Shown: in pieces, positions 11,888 to 24,331 of the stretch | Position numbering within the stretch: the stretch's first letter is position 1 | Layout: every line of letters starts with the position of its first letter | Source: Heterodontus francisci | Lineage: Eukaryota | Length of the DNA stretch: 64,000 bases | NCBI RefSeq assembly: GCF_036365525.1 | Contig: NC_090380.1 | Coordinates: 102,819,942-102,883,941, forward strand | Reading direction: 5' to 3' | Translations under genes and position numbers: made by a program | The notes under the pieces: model-generated | Seen by the model: only the letters and a program-made list of their open reading frames with translations | Database searches by the model: none | Told to the model about the DNA's origin: nothing

Positions 11888-12336
11888 CCATGGCTCAGTT
11901 GATAGCCCTTTCACTGCTAAGTCAGAAGATTGTGGGTTTGAGTCCCATTCCAGAGACTTGAGCACAAAATCTTAAGTGGATACATCAATGTAATAGTGAG
12001 GGAGTGCTGCTGTGTTGGAGGAGCTGTCTTTTAGATGCGATGTTAGACCAAGACCTGTCTGCCCTCTCAGCTGGATATAAAAGATCCCAGCGCACTATTC
12101 GAAGAAGAGCAGGGGAGTTCTTTCTGGTGTTTTAGTCATTATTTATCCCTAAATCAACTAAAACAGATTATCCTGTCATCACATCACTTTTTTGGGACCT
12201 TGCCTTGCACAAATTGGCTGCCACATTTCCCTACATTTACAACAGTGACTACATTTCAAAAGTACTCATTAGACTGAAGCACTTTGTCACGTCTGGAGAT
12301 TGTGAAAGGCACTATATAAATTACATTCCTTCTTTT
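11888..12336 (+). mobile_element. SacSINE1-like DeuSINE
   Basis: tRNA-like head, Deu-domain-like core (aaaagatccca..gcactattcgaagaagagcaggggagtt), and L2-type tail (gtgaaaggcactatataaat). Confidence 0.75.
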
Positions 12337-13629
12337 TACTGCCTTACAAATCTGGTTCTCTCTAACAAACCCATGAAGGCATCCTTAGAGTCTGGAGAGT
12401 GCATTATACTGACTTAGTTTGACCCAATAGGTTGTAGTTAGGAGCCATCTGCCAGGAGAATACTGAACAGCTGTCACAGCATATGAAGAAATGCTGTGGA
12501 GAAACAGTGGAATAATCTGAAAGGCACAGGACAGATTTAACCCTCATGATGGCAAGTGTACACCATGTTTCCACATTATTTGAGTTGCTAGAGCATCATA
12601 AGGCTCAGAGGAATCCTAAGTACATTGTTTTCAACATTCCACTTTCTACCTTATTTCAGCCCTGAGGAAGGAACTTCCAACTATTGTAACGTGTAGTCAA
12701 AATCTCGGGTTTTATCCAAGATGAGCACTCCATCTCCAAGATATGTGTATGGGTGAATGAAAGTCTCATGTGAACTTATCTCTTACTGTCATTTATCCTA
12801 TTTGGTGTTTGCATCAATAATGTGTTGGATGGCATCATGCAGAGTCTGTTCCAGGCATTTCTGAAAATATTGTTGCACTCCTGTTCACAGAAGCTGTTGA
12901 CTGAGAAATCCAGCTGCACAGCACCTGTATGCCTGGTGCTAAACTGCCTCCCAAGTCTCCAGTATGGCGGGCAGTAAGTGCACACTTATCGTAAGCCAGA
13001 AATGCGCCACTTGCCAGTATGGCAAAAGCTAAAAAAAAAAAAATTTTTGGAACAACCGTTTGCATCTGTAAATAAGGCACCTAATGCCTATTTGAAGTCA
13101 AAATCACTTGGTTTGGCCCGAGGCACCAGTTGCTCTCAGGAAAACCAGGTCAACAGGGTAAGTTTAAAGGAAATATTTACTTGGATTTGGAGTGCTTCTC
13201 CTGAACCTACCAGCCACTGCTTCTCCACATTCCTTGCCCCCAATCCACTTGGATACATGTGGGCCCCATTGGTGGGATCCTGGGCCGGGGATAGTGGTAA
13301 TTTGTAGAGATTGGCTCCTCCTTGCTTAGGAGGGCCATGGGGACCATAGCTGGTGTCCACCAAGGTGAACTTGAGCAAGCTATTCCCTATAGGTGGGCAT
13401 GTGCTGAAACTTCTGGCCACTGTGGACAAATGGGAAGCAGAGATTCAGCCTGATGTGTACCTGTCTGCCCCATGATAATTATATGCCCTACCTCCCACTA
13501 ACCCAGATAACGACAGTGAGGTGATCACTGGAGGGCACCATTGGGCAAATGCAACTTCTGGGATTGTGACCTGTGGAAATTCAGCACTATACACCACAAA
13601 CAATCAAACACCACATATATTGAAACACT

Positions 13630-13775
13630 GAATAAAATTGGATAAATATTTGAAGAAGAAAAATCTTGCAGTGCTATTGGGAAAGAGCAGAGGAGTGGGA
13701 TTAATTGGATAGCTCTACCAAAGAGCTGGCACAAGCACGATGGGCTGAATGGCCTTCTCCTGTGCTGTTTCATAG
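13630..13775 (+). mobile_element. Old CR1 3' tail fragment
   Basis: aaagagctggcacaagcacgatgggctgaatggccttctcctgtgctg. Confidence 0.7.
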
Positions 13776-14700
13776 TATGCTAATATGAAAGATATTTGCC
13801 TTTATCTGTCTTTATTTTGTTTTGCCATTCCGCAATTGTAAATACATTCAGATAAGCCAAGCAATCGGGCAGAACACTGGCAAATGAAATTCAACCCTGA
13901 CAAATGTAAAACATTGTACGTGAGGTGAAAAAATATGAGATGTGAGTATGCACTGGATAGTGTAGTCTGTCAGGGAGAGGATCAGGGCAGCTTGAGTTAT
14001 GGAAATCTTCCAAGTGCAAGAGCTAAGTGTGAAGATAAAATCATCTTTGGAATAACGTTTAAATTGCCGATTCATTTGAAACTAGCTGGTTGAAATCGCA
14101 TTGTGTGGTATTAATAACTAATAGGTTGGCTTGCATGTATGAAATTCCTCCATCTGCTATTTAAATAGAGGTCTTAACCTTTATAAATCAAAATCTGGTT
14201 GATGCATCTGTTAAAATAATGGACAGAAGAATGTATTTTAGCGCACTTTTTAATTCAATAGGATTAACTCATTTGTTACTAATATTTCACATTGCGAGTT
14301 CAAAGCTAATCCTTAAATCTCTACACTAAAGTCACCATGTTCAGCCTAGTGCAAGTGCTCTACACGAATCACAACCTTGCTAATTAGTGAAGCAGGCAGC
14401 AAAATGTCATCTTAATCTCTTTTGCACGCAATAGGGTTGCTTTCCCTGTCTCCTCGTTGTCAATCTGAAAGGCAATCGTTTTCCGGCCTTTACTTTTTCT
14501 GTGCTTGAGATGCTAAACCTAGGATGCATGGTGGGCACACACTCTGACTTTTTTTTAATAGGACATGGCTGACTTTGAACTTTTTGTGTCCTTCAGTAAA
14601 TTCAGACTTCCATCAAGCATCAAAGAAGAAGGCTTGCTCCAGTACTTCAAAACTGACTTCCAAGTCAGCAGTCTGGTGCTTTATAAAAATATATGTGAGG

Positions 14701-17700
14701 GAACGACATAGGTAAAAAAAAGGATGAGGTCCTAAAAGCAGAATATAGGGAGCTAGGAAGTAAGTTGAAAAGTAGGACCTCCAAGGTAGTGATCTCAGGA
14801 TTACTACAAGTGCCATGTGCTAGTCCGAGTAGAAATAGCAGGATATATCGGATGAATACATGGCTGAAGAGATGGTGTGAGGGGGAGGGTTTTAGATTCC
14901 TGCGCATTGGGACCGGTTCTGGGGGAGGTGGGACCAGTACAAACTGGATGGGTTACACCTGGGCAGTACCGGGACTGATGTCATAGGGGGAATATTTGCT
15001 AGAGTGGTTGGGGAGGGTTTAAACTAAAATGGCAGGGGGATGGGAACCTTTGCGAGGAGTCAGAGGAGGGGGGAATCAAAGACAAGAACAAAAGACAGGA
15101 AGGGGAAGAAGAAAAGTGATAGGCAGAGAAATCAAGGGCCAGAATTAAACAGGGCCACAGTGAAAAATATTGGGAAGAGGACAAGTAATTTTAAAAAGCC
15201 AAGCCTGAAGGCTTTGTGCCTTAACGCGCGGAGCATTCACAGTAAAGTGGATGAATTAATCACGCAAATAGATGTAAACGGGTATGATATAGTTGGGATT
15301 ACAGAGACATGGCTGCAAGGTGACCAGGGATGGGAAATGAAGATCCAGGGATATTCAGTATTTAGGAAGGACAGACAAAAAGCAAAAGGTGGTGGAGTTG
15401 CATTGCTGGTTAAAGAGGAAATTACCGCAATAGTGAGGAAAGATATTAGCTCTGACAATGTGGAATCTGTATGGGTAAATAGAGAAACACTAAGGGGCAA
15501 AAAACGTTAGTGAGGATTGTATATAGACCCCTAAACTGTAGTGCTGATGTTGGGAATGGCATTAAACAGGAAATTAGAGATGCATGCGATAAAGGAACAT
15601 CTGTAATTATGGGTGACTTTCATCTGCATAAAGATTGGGCAAATCAAATTAGTTACAATACCATAGAGGAGGAATTCTTGGAGTGTGTACGGGATGGTTT
15701 TCTGGACCAATACGTTGAGGAACCAACTAGAGAACAGGCCATCCTGGACTGGGCATTGTGTAATGACAGAGGAATAATTGACAATCTAGTGGTGTGAGAC
15801 CCCTTGGGGATGAGCAACCATAATATGATAGAATTCTTCATCAAGATGGAGAATGACGTAGTTGATTCTAAGACAAGTGTCCTGAATGGAATGGAAACTA
15901 CGAAGGTATGAGGCACAAGTTGGCCATGACGGATTGGGAAACATTACTTAAAGGGATGATGGTGGATAGGCAAAGGCAAACATTTAAAGAGCGCACGGAT
16001 GAACTGCAACAATTGCTTATCCCTGTCTGGCGCAAAAGTAAAACGGGAAAGGTAGTCAAACCATCGCTTACAAGGGAAATTAGAGACAGCATTAGATCCA
16101 AGGAAGAGGCATATAAATTTGCCAGGAAAAAACAACAGACCTGAGGATTGGGAGCAGTTTAGAATTCAGCAAAGGAGGACCAAGGGATTGATTAAGAAGC
16201 AGAAAATTGAGTCACAGAGCAAGCTTGCGGGGAACATAAAAATTGACTGTTAAAGTTTCTATAGGTATGTGAAGAGAAAAAGATGGGTGAAGACAAATGT
16301 AGGTCCCTTACAGTCAGAAACAGGGGAATTTATTATGGGGAATAAAGAAATGGCTGACCAATTAAATGCATACTTTGGTTCTGTCTTCACAAAGGAGGAC
16401 AGAAATATCATACCAGAAATGTTGGGGAACGCAGGGCTTAGTGAGCGAGAGGAACTGAAAGAAATCAGTATTAGTAAAGAAATGGTGTTGGGGAAATTGA
16501 TGGGATTGAAGGCCGATAAATCCCCAGGGCCTGATGGTATGCATCCCAGAGTACTTAAGGAAGTGGCCCGAGAAATAGTGGATGCATTGGTGGTCATCTT
16601 CCAAGATTCTATAGACTCTGGAACAGTTCCTACCGATTGGAGGGTAGCTAATGTAACCCCACTATTTAAAAAGGGAGGTAGAGAGAAAACAGGGAATTAT
16701 AGACCAGTCAGTCTGACGTCAGTAGTGGGGAAAATTCTAGAGTCCATCATCAAAGATTTTATGGCAGACCACTTAGAGAACAATGGTAGAATCGGGCAGA
16801 GTCAGCATGGATTTACAAAAGGAAAATCATGCTTGACAAATCTACTAGAATTCTTGGAGGATGTAACTAGTAGAGTTGATGAGGGAAAGCCAGTGGATGC
16901 GGTTTATTTGGACTTTCAGAAGGCTTTCGACAAAGTCCAAGATAAGAGATTAGAGTGTAAAATTAAAGCGCATGGGATTGGGGGTGGTGTATTGCGATGG
17001 ATAGAAAATTGGTTGGCAGACAGGAAACAAAGAGTAGGAATAAATGGGTCTTTTTCCGAATGGCAGGCAGTCACTAGTGGGGTACCGCAGGGATCATTGC
17101 TGGGATCTCAGCTATTCACAATATATATTAATGATTTAGATGAGGGAACTAAATGTAACATCTCCAAATTTGCAGATGACACAAAACTGGGTGGGAGGGT
17201 GAGTTGTGAGGAGGATGCAGAGAGGCTTCAGGGTGATTTGGACAAGTTGAATGAGTGGGCTAATGCATGGCAGATGCAGTATAATGTGGATAAATGTGAG
17301 GTTATCTACTTTGGTAGCAAAAACAGATTATCATCTGAATGGCTATAAACTGAGAGAGGGGAATATGCAACGAGGCCTGGGTGTTCTCATACACCTGTCG
17401 CTGAAGGTAAGCATGCAGTTGCAACAGGCGGTGAAAAGGGCAAATAGTATGTTGGCCTTCATAGCGAGAAGATTCGAGTACAGGAGCAGGGATGTCTTGT
17501 TGCAATTATACAGGGCCTTGGTGAAACCACACCTGGAATATTGTGTGCAGTTTTGATCTCCTTTTCTGAGGAAGGATGTTCTAGCTATAGAGAGAGTGCA
17601 GCGAAGGTTTACCAGACTGATTCCTGGGATGGCGGGACTGACGTATGAGGAGAGATTGAGTCGGTTAGGATTATATTCGCTGGAGTTCAGAAGAATGGGG

Positions 17701-18100
17701 GGGGAATCTCATAGAAACCTATAAAATTCTAAAAGGACTTGACAGGGTAGATGCAGGAAGGATGTTCCCGATGGTGGGGGAGTCCAGAACCAGGAGTCAT
17801 GGTCTAAGGATACAGGGTAAACCTTTCAGGACTGAGATGAGGAGAAATTTCTTCACCCAGAGAGTGGTGAGCCTGTGGAATTCGCTATCACAGATTCAGT
17901 TGAGGCCAAAACATTGTATGTTTTCAAGAAGGAGTTAGATATAGCTCTTGGGTCTAAAGGGATCAAAGGGTATGGGGCGAAAGCCAGAACAGGTTACTGA
18001 GTTGGATGATCAGCCATGATCATAATGAATGGCGGAGCAGGCTTGAAGGGTTGAATGGTCTACTCCTGCTCCTATTTTCTATGTTTCTATGTTTCCATGT
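14701..18100 (+). mobile_element. CR1 LINE (end of ORF1 plus disrupted ORF2); arm A of an inverted pair
   Basis: SKVVISGLL; CLNARSI..GITETWL (APE); RPVSLTS, QHGF, PQGS, FADDTK; tail ctattttctatgtttctatgttt. Confidence 0.95.
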
Positions 18101-18154
18101 AAAATCAGGGGAAGTTCAATATATATCCCCCAATTAATTTTCCCAAAATATATT

Positions 18155-19105
18155 GGACGGTATATTGTGCTCTCCGGTGGCGAGTTTGGATGCGGGAAGG
18201 GCATTTAATCGGGTGGGTGGAGACCCCGCCACCTTCCTCCATCCCGATTAAACCCATGGCGTGAAACGCCTTCAGCGCCCTTCTCACCCTATTGCCAGTT
18301 GAGGCCCGTAAAGGGCAATTAATGCTCAATTAAGGGCCTCTTCTTGCTGCCGTTATTGGTTTTAGCAGGATTGCTTGCTGGCTTCCAGTGTGGGTCCTAC
18401 TTTCAAAGGCACTGAATGACTGATCAAAGGACCTGGTATTGGAAAGGGGTTCCACTGAGAGCCACTCTTCTGTCCTTCCTGCCGACACCCCTACACTCCT
18501 TCCTCCGTGACTCCCACCCTGTGAGGCACAGTGGCGCTGTGGTTAGCACCGCAGCCTCACAGCTCCAGCGACCCAGGTTCAATTCTGGGTACTGCCTGTG
18601 TGGAGTTTGCAAGTTCTCCCTGTGTCTGCGTGGGTTGTCTCCGGGTGCTCCGGTTTCCTCCCACGTGCCAAAGACTTGCTGGTTGATAGGTAAATTGGCT
18701 ATTATAAATTGCCCCTAGTGTGGGTAGGTGGTAGGGAAATATAGGGAAAGGTGGGGATGTGGTAAGAGTATGGAATTAGTGTAGGATTAGTATAAATGGG
18801 TGGTTGATGGTTGGCACAGACTCGGTGGGCCGAAGGCCCTGTTTCAGTGCTGTATCTCTAAATAAATAAAAATAATAAAAACCTGCCCGCCATCACTTAC
18901 CTGTGGCCTCTGATTGGCTGGGAGCTCTTTGCAGAAGGAACTTCCTGCCCTGGAGGTCCTGATCCCAGGAAAGGCCTGTCAGTGACCTCTCAGGTGCCTG
19001 ATTGGCTCGTGATACAGCAGGTTTTCTCCAAAGGAGGCAATGCAGATTTCTCACCAGCTCTCCAGCTGATGGCTGAGACCCCAAGCACTTCCATAAAATT
19101 CCCCT
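18155..19105. mobile_element. GC-rich non-autonomous DNA-transposon-like repeat (Harbinger-type MITE?), interrupted by HE1
   Basis: Shares the internal palindrome gaggccc.taa..ggc.attaat...ttaagggcctc with 34357-34975; ends cataaaattcccc. Confidence 0.4.
18523..18880 (+). mobile_element. HE1-type V-SINE
   Basis: Near-identical to the other four HE1 copies. Confidence 0.9.
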
Positions 19106-19106
19106 C

Positions 19107-19930
19107 ATTATCTGTTACTATCTCATTGCTGTTTGTGGGAGCTTGCTGTGCATAAATTGGCTCCTGTGTTTCCCTACATTGCAACAGTGACTACAGTTCA
19201 AAAGTACTTAAATGGCTCTGAAGCACTTTGGAACAGCCCGAGGTCATGAAGACGTTACAGAAATGGAAGTGTTTCTATCTAATAAAAATAGTAATGAAGT
19301 AAGGAAGCATGCATTTAACATGACATGTCACTCTGCTTCCCTCTTGTACTATGTGTAGTCACACACCATGTTCTTTCTCCTGTGCTAGTATTACATGATG
19401 CTCCTGAAAGCAGCAGATACAGAGGATTTCTGAGAGGTCTGCTGAAGACATATTTGTATCACCTACATTGACATGGTGGGGATGTCACAGCCGAAGACAA
19501 TTGCTGAGAAAGAGACATGGCTGTATGAGGGAGTTTTAGTAGATCACAAATCAAACAGAAGGCAGCAAACAGAAAGTAATGAAGGTGAACAAGGTAAAAG
19601 GGACAAATAGAAATCCTGTCAGAGAGAAGAGCAGAACTTCTTCAAGAAGAGGTCATTCTGTTTTTGATGGTATTGGTTGAGGGAGTAATCTTGAACAAGA
19701 GATTGAAGAACTTCCTACACTGCTTCAAATAATTGCACGAGAATTGTGAGCATCTGTCTGAAACTGATCATGCTTTTATGTCTTAGCTGTCTTACCTTCC
19801 ATTTTGCCTCACTCCTTCAGTACTGCACTGAATGACAGTTCAGTATATGCTCAGGTCTTGGAATGAGATTTGAGCACATGATGCTTGGACTCAAAGGTGA
19901 GAGTCCTACCAACTGAGTCAAACTGATACT
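19107..19930. mobile_element. Two SacSINE1-like fragments (19107-19275 on +, ~19640-19930 on -)
   Basis: cattgctgtttgtgggagcttgctgtgcataaattggct; reverse head ...cagtactgcactg..gctcaggtcttggaatgag. Confidence 0.6.
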
Positions 19931-20520
19931 TAATGCCATAAAGTTAATGCTATAAAAATTTATTTTGCTGAGCTCAAAGTCTTAATCAATTCATTGCTGC
20001 AGAATGTTGAAGTCACATAATAGTTACGGAAAGAACTATGGATATCATTCACATTTAATAATGCTCCAACAATTCATCTCATCATAGAGAAAATGAAGCA
20101 AAACCAGGGGCCATAAATATAAAGCTGTCACTAACAAATCCAACAGCGAATTCAGGAGAGACTTCTTTATCCGGACAGTGGTTAGAATAGGAAATTTGCT
20201 ACCACAAGGAGCAGTTAGGTGAATAGCATATTCAGGGAAGCTAGATATACACAGGAGGGAGAAGGGAATAGAAGGTTATTAATAAGATTAGATGAAACGG
20301 GGTAGGAGAAGGGTCACATGGAGCATAAACACCAGCATGGATCAGTAGGGCCCAAGTACCTGTTTCTATGCTGTAAATTCCACGTAATTCTACATTATGA
20401 AGCCAGCATATCACCATCCAGGTGAAGAACATTTTACAGGGTGGAGGTGGTAGGGGGTGGTGTTTGATGGAGAAGGGAACAGCCAGAAGCTGTGGCCCAT
20501 ACCAGAACCAATCAGTTAGG

Positions 20521-23500
20521 AAACATAGAAAATAGGAACAGGAGTAGGCCATTCAGCCCTTCGAGCCTGCTCCGTCATTCATTATGATCATGGCTGTTCA
20601 TTCAACTCAGTAGGCTGTTCTGGCTTTCGCCCCATACCCTTTGATCCCTTTAGACCCAAGAGCTATATCTAACTCCTTCTTGAAAACATACAATGTTTTG
20701 GCCTCAACTGAATCTGTGATAGCGAATTCCACAGGCTCACCACTCTCTGGGTGAAGAAATTTCTCCTCATCTCAGTCCTGAAAGGTTTACCCTGTATCCT
20801 TAGACCATGACCCCTGGTTCTGGATTCCCCCACCATCGGGAACATCATTCCTCCATCTACCCTGTCAAGTCCTGTTAGAATTTTATAGGTTTCTATGAGA
20901 TGCCCCCTCACACTTCTGAACTCCAGCAAATATAATCCTAACCGACTCAATCTCTCCTCATACGTCAGTCCCGCCATCCCAGGAATTAGTCTGGTACACC
21001 TTCGCTGCACTCCCTCTATAGCAAGAGCATCCTTCCTCAGATAAGGAGATCAAAACTGCACACAATATTCCAGGTGTGGCTTCACCAAGGCCCTGTATAA
21101 TTGCAGCAAGACATCCCTGCTTCTGTACTCGAATCCTCTTGCTATGAAGGCCAACATACCATTTGCCCTTTTCACCGCCTGTTGCAACTGCATGCTTACC
21201 TTCAGCGACAGGTGTACGAGAACACCCAGGTCTCGTTGCATATTCCCCTCTCTCAGTTTATAGCCGTTCAGATAATAATCTGTTTTTGCAACCAAAGTGG
21301 ATAACCTCACATTTATCCATCTTATACTGTATCTGCCATGCATTAGCCCACTCACTCAACTTGTTCAAATCACCCTGAAGCCTCTCTGCTTCCTCCTCAC
21401 AACTCACCCTCCTACCCAGTTTTGTGTCATCTGCAAATTTGGAGATATTACATTTAGTTCCCTCATCTAAATCATTAATGTATATTGTGAATAGCTGAGA
21501 TCCTAGCACCGATCCCTGCGGTACCCCACTAGTCACTGCCTGTCATTCGGAAAAAGACCCATTTATTCCTACTCTTTGTTTCCTGTCCGCCAACCAATTT
21601 TCTATCCATCACAATACACCACCCCCAATCCCATGCGCTTTAATTTTACACGCTAATCTCTTGTGTGGGACTTTGTCGAAAGCCTTCTGAAAGTCCAAAT
21701 AAACCACATCCACTGGCTTCCCCTCATCAACTCTACTAGTTACATCCTCCAAGAATTCTAGTAGATTTGTCAAGCATGATTTTCCTTTTGTAAATCCATG
21801 CTGACTCTGCCCGAATCTACCACTGTCCTCCAAGTGCTCTGCTATAAAATCTTTGATAATGGACTCTAGAATTTTCACCACTACCGACGTCAGGCTGACA
21901 GATCTATAATTCCCTGTTTTCTCTCTACCTCCCTTTTTAAATAGTGGGGCTACATTAGCTACCCTCCAATCGGGAGGAACTGTTCCAGAGTCTATAGAAT
22001 CTTGGAAGATGATCACCAATGCATCCAATATTTCTAGGACCACTTCCTTAAGTACTCTGGGATGCATACCATCAGGCCCTGGGGATTTATCGGCCTTCAA
22101 TCCCATCAATTTCCCCAACACCATTTCTGTACTAATACTGATTTCTTTCAGTTCCTCTCTCTCACTAAGCCCTGCGTTCCCCAACATTTCTGGTATGATA
22201 TTTGTGTCCTCCTTTGTGAAGACAGAACCAAAATATGCATTTAGTTGGTCAGCCATTTCTTTATTCCCCATAATAAATTCCCCTGTTTCTGAATATAAGG
22301 GACCTACATTTGTCTTCACAAATCTTTTTCTCTTCACATACCTATAGAAACTTTTACAGTCAGTTTTTATGTTCCCCACAAGCTTGCTCTCGTACTCTTT
22401 TTTCCCCTTCTTAATCAATCCCTTGGTCCTCCTTTGCTGAATTCTAAACTGCTCCCAATCCTCAGGTCTGTTTTTTTCTGGCAAATTTATATGCCTCTTC
22501 CTTGGATCTATTGCTCTCTCTAATTTCCCTTATAAGCCATGGTTTGGCTACCTTTCCCATTTTACTTCTGCACCAGAAAGGGATAAACAATTGTTGCAGT
22601 TCATCCATGCGCTCTTTAAATGTTTGCCATTGCCTATCCACCATCATCCCCTTAACTAACGTTTCCCAATCCATCTTCGCCAACTCGCGCCTCATACCTT
22701 CGTAGTTTCCTTTACTAAGATTCAGGACCCTAGTCTCAGAATCAACTACGTCATTCTCCATCTTGATGAAGAATTCTATCATATTATGGTTGCTCATCCC
22801 CAAGGGGTCTCACACCACCAGATTGTCAATTATTCCTCTGTCATTACACAATACCCAGTCTCGGATGGCCTTTTCTCTAGTTAGTTTCTCAACGTTTTGG
22901 TCCAGAAAACCATCCCGTATACACTCCAAGAATTCCTCCTCTATGGTATTGTGACTAATTTGATTTGCCCAATCTATATGCCGATGAAAGTCACCCATAA
23001 TTACAGATGTTCCTTTATCGCATGCGACTCTAGTTTCCTGTTTAATGCCATTCCCAACATCACCACTACAGTTTGGGGGTCTATATACAAGTCCCACTAA
23101 CGTTTTTTGCCTCTTATTGGTTTTCAGCTCTACCCATACAGATTCCACATCGTCAGAGCTAATATCTTTCCTCACTATTGCGGTAATTTCCTCTTTAACC
23201 AGCAATGCAACTCCACCACCTTTTGCTTTTTGTCTGTCCTTCCTAAATACTGAATACCCCTGGATGTCCATCCCTGGTCACCTTGCAGCCATGTCTCTGT
23301 AATCCCGACTATATCATACCCGTTTACATCTATTTGCGCCATTAATTCATCCACTTTATTGCGAATGCTCCGCGCATTAAGGCACAACGGCTTAAGGCTT
23401 GTCTTTTTAACATTACTTGTCCCCTTCCCACTATTTTTCACTGTGGCCCTGTTTGATTCTGGCCCTTTTGCCTATCACTTTTCTTCTTCCCCTTACAGTC

Positions 23501-24331
23501 TTTTGTTCTTGTCTTTGATCTCCCCTCCTCTGACTCCTTGCAAAGGTTTCCATCCCCCTGCCATTTTAGTTTAAACCCTCCCCAACCACTCTAGCAAATA
23601 CTCCCCCTATGACATCAGTCCCAGTCCTGCCCAGGTGTAACCTGTCCAGTGTGTACTGGTCCCACCTCTCCCAGAACCGGTCCCAATGTCCCAGGAATCT
23701 AAAACCCTCCCCTTCACACCATCTCTTCAGCCACGTATTCATCCAATATATCCTGCTATTTCTACTCTGACTAGCACGTAGCACTGGTAGTAATCCTGAG
23801 ATCACTACTTTTGAGGTCTTATTTTTCAACTTACTTCCTAGCTCCCTATATTCTGCTTTTAGGACCTCATCCTTTTTTATTACCTATGTCGTTTGTACCA
23901 ATGTGTACCACGACCACTGGCGGTTCACCCTCCCCCTTCAGAATGTCCTGTAACCGCTCTGAGACATCCTTAACCCTAGCACCAGGGAGGCAACATACCA
24001 TCCTGGAGTCTCTTTTGCGGCCACAGAAACGCCTATCTATTCCCCTTACAATTGAATCCCCTATAATTATTGCATTCCCACACTGTTTACTCCTTCCCAG
24101 CGCAGCAGAGCCAACCATGGTGCAATGAATTGGGCTGTTGCTGCTTTCCCCTGAGAGGCCATTCCCCCCAACAGTATCCAAAGCAGTATATCTGTTTTGC
24201 AGCGGAATAGCCACAGGAGATTCCTTAACTGCCTGCCTAGTCCTCTTGCTCTGCCTGGTGGTCACCCATTCCCTTCCTGCCTGTGGATTCTGAGCCTGCG
24301 GTGTGACCGCCTCTCTATATGTGCTATCCAC
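20521..24331 (-). mobile_element. CR1 LINE (ORF1 esterase plus disrupted ORF2); arm B of the inverted pair
   Basis: IIIGDSIVRG..CCLPGARV..HIGTND (SGNH/GDSL blocks); APE and RT fragments nearly identical to 14701-18100. Confidence 0.95.

Noticed and set aside
12660-12696. Good acceptor followed by PEEGTSNYCNV* (ITIM-like SNYCNV), a possible last exon of an upstream gene
   Set aside because: Too short, frame unconstrained, and no supporting upstream exon identified in the window; needs RNA-seq.
19473-19610. 45-codon acidic ORF with an internal AAG|GTAAAA donor
   Set aside because: No homology recognised and no convincing acceptor.
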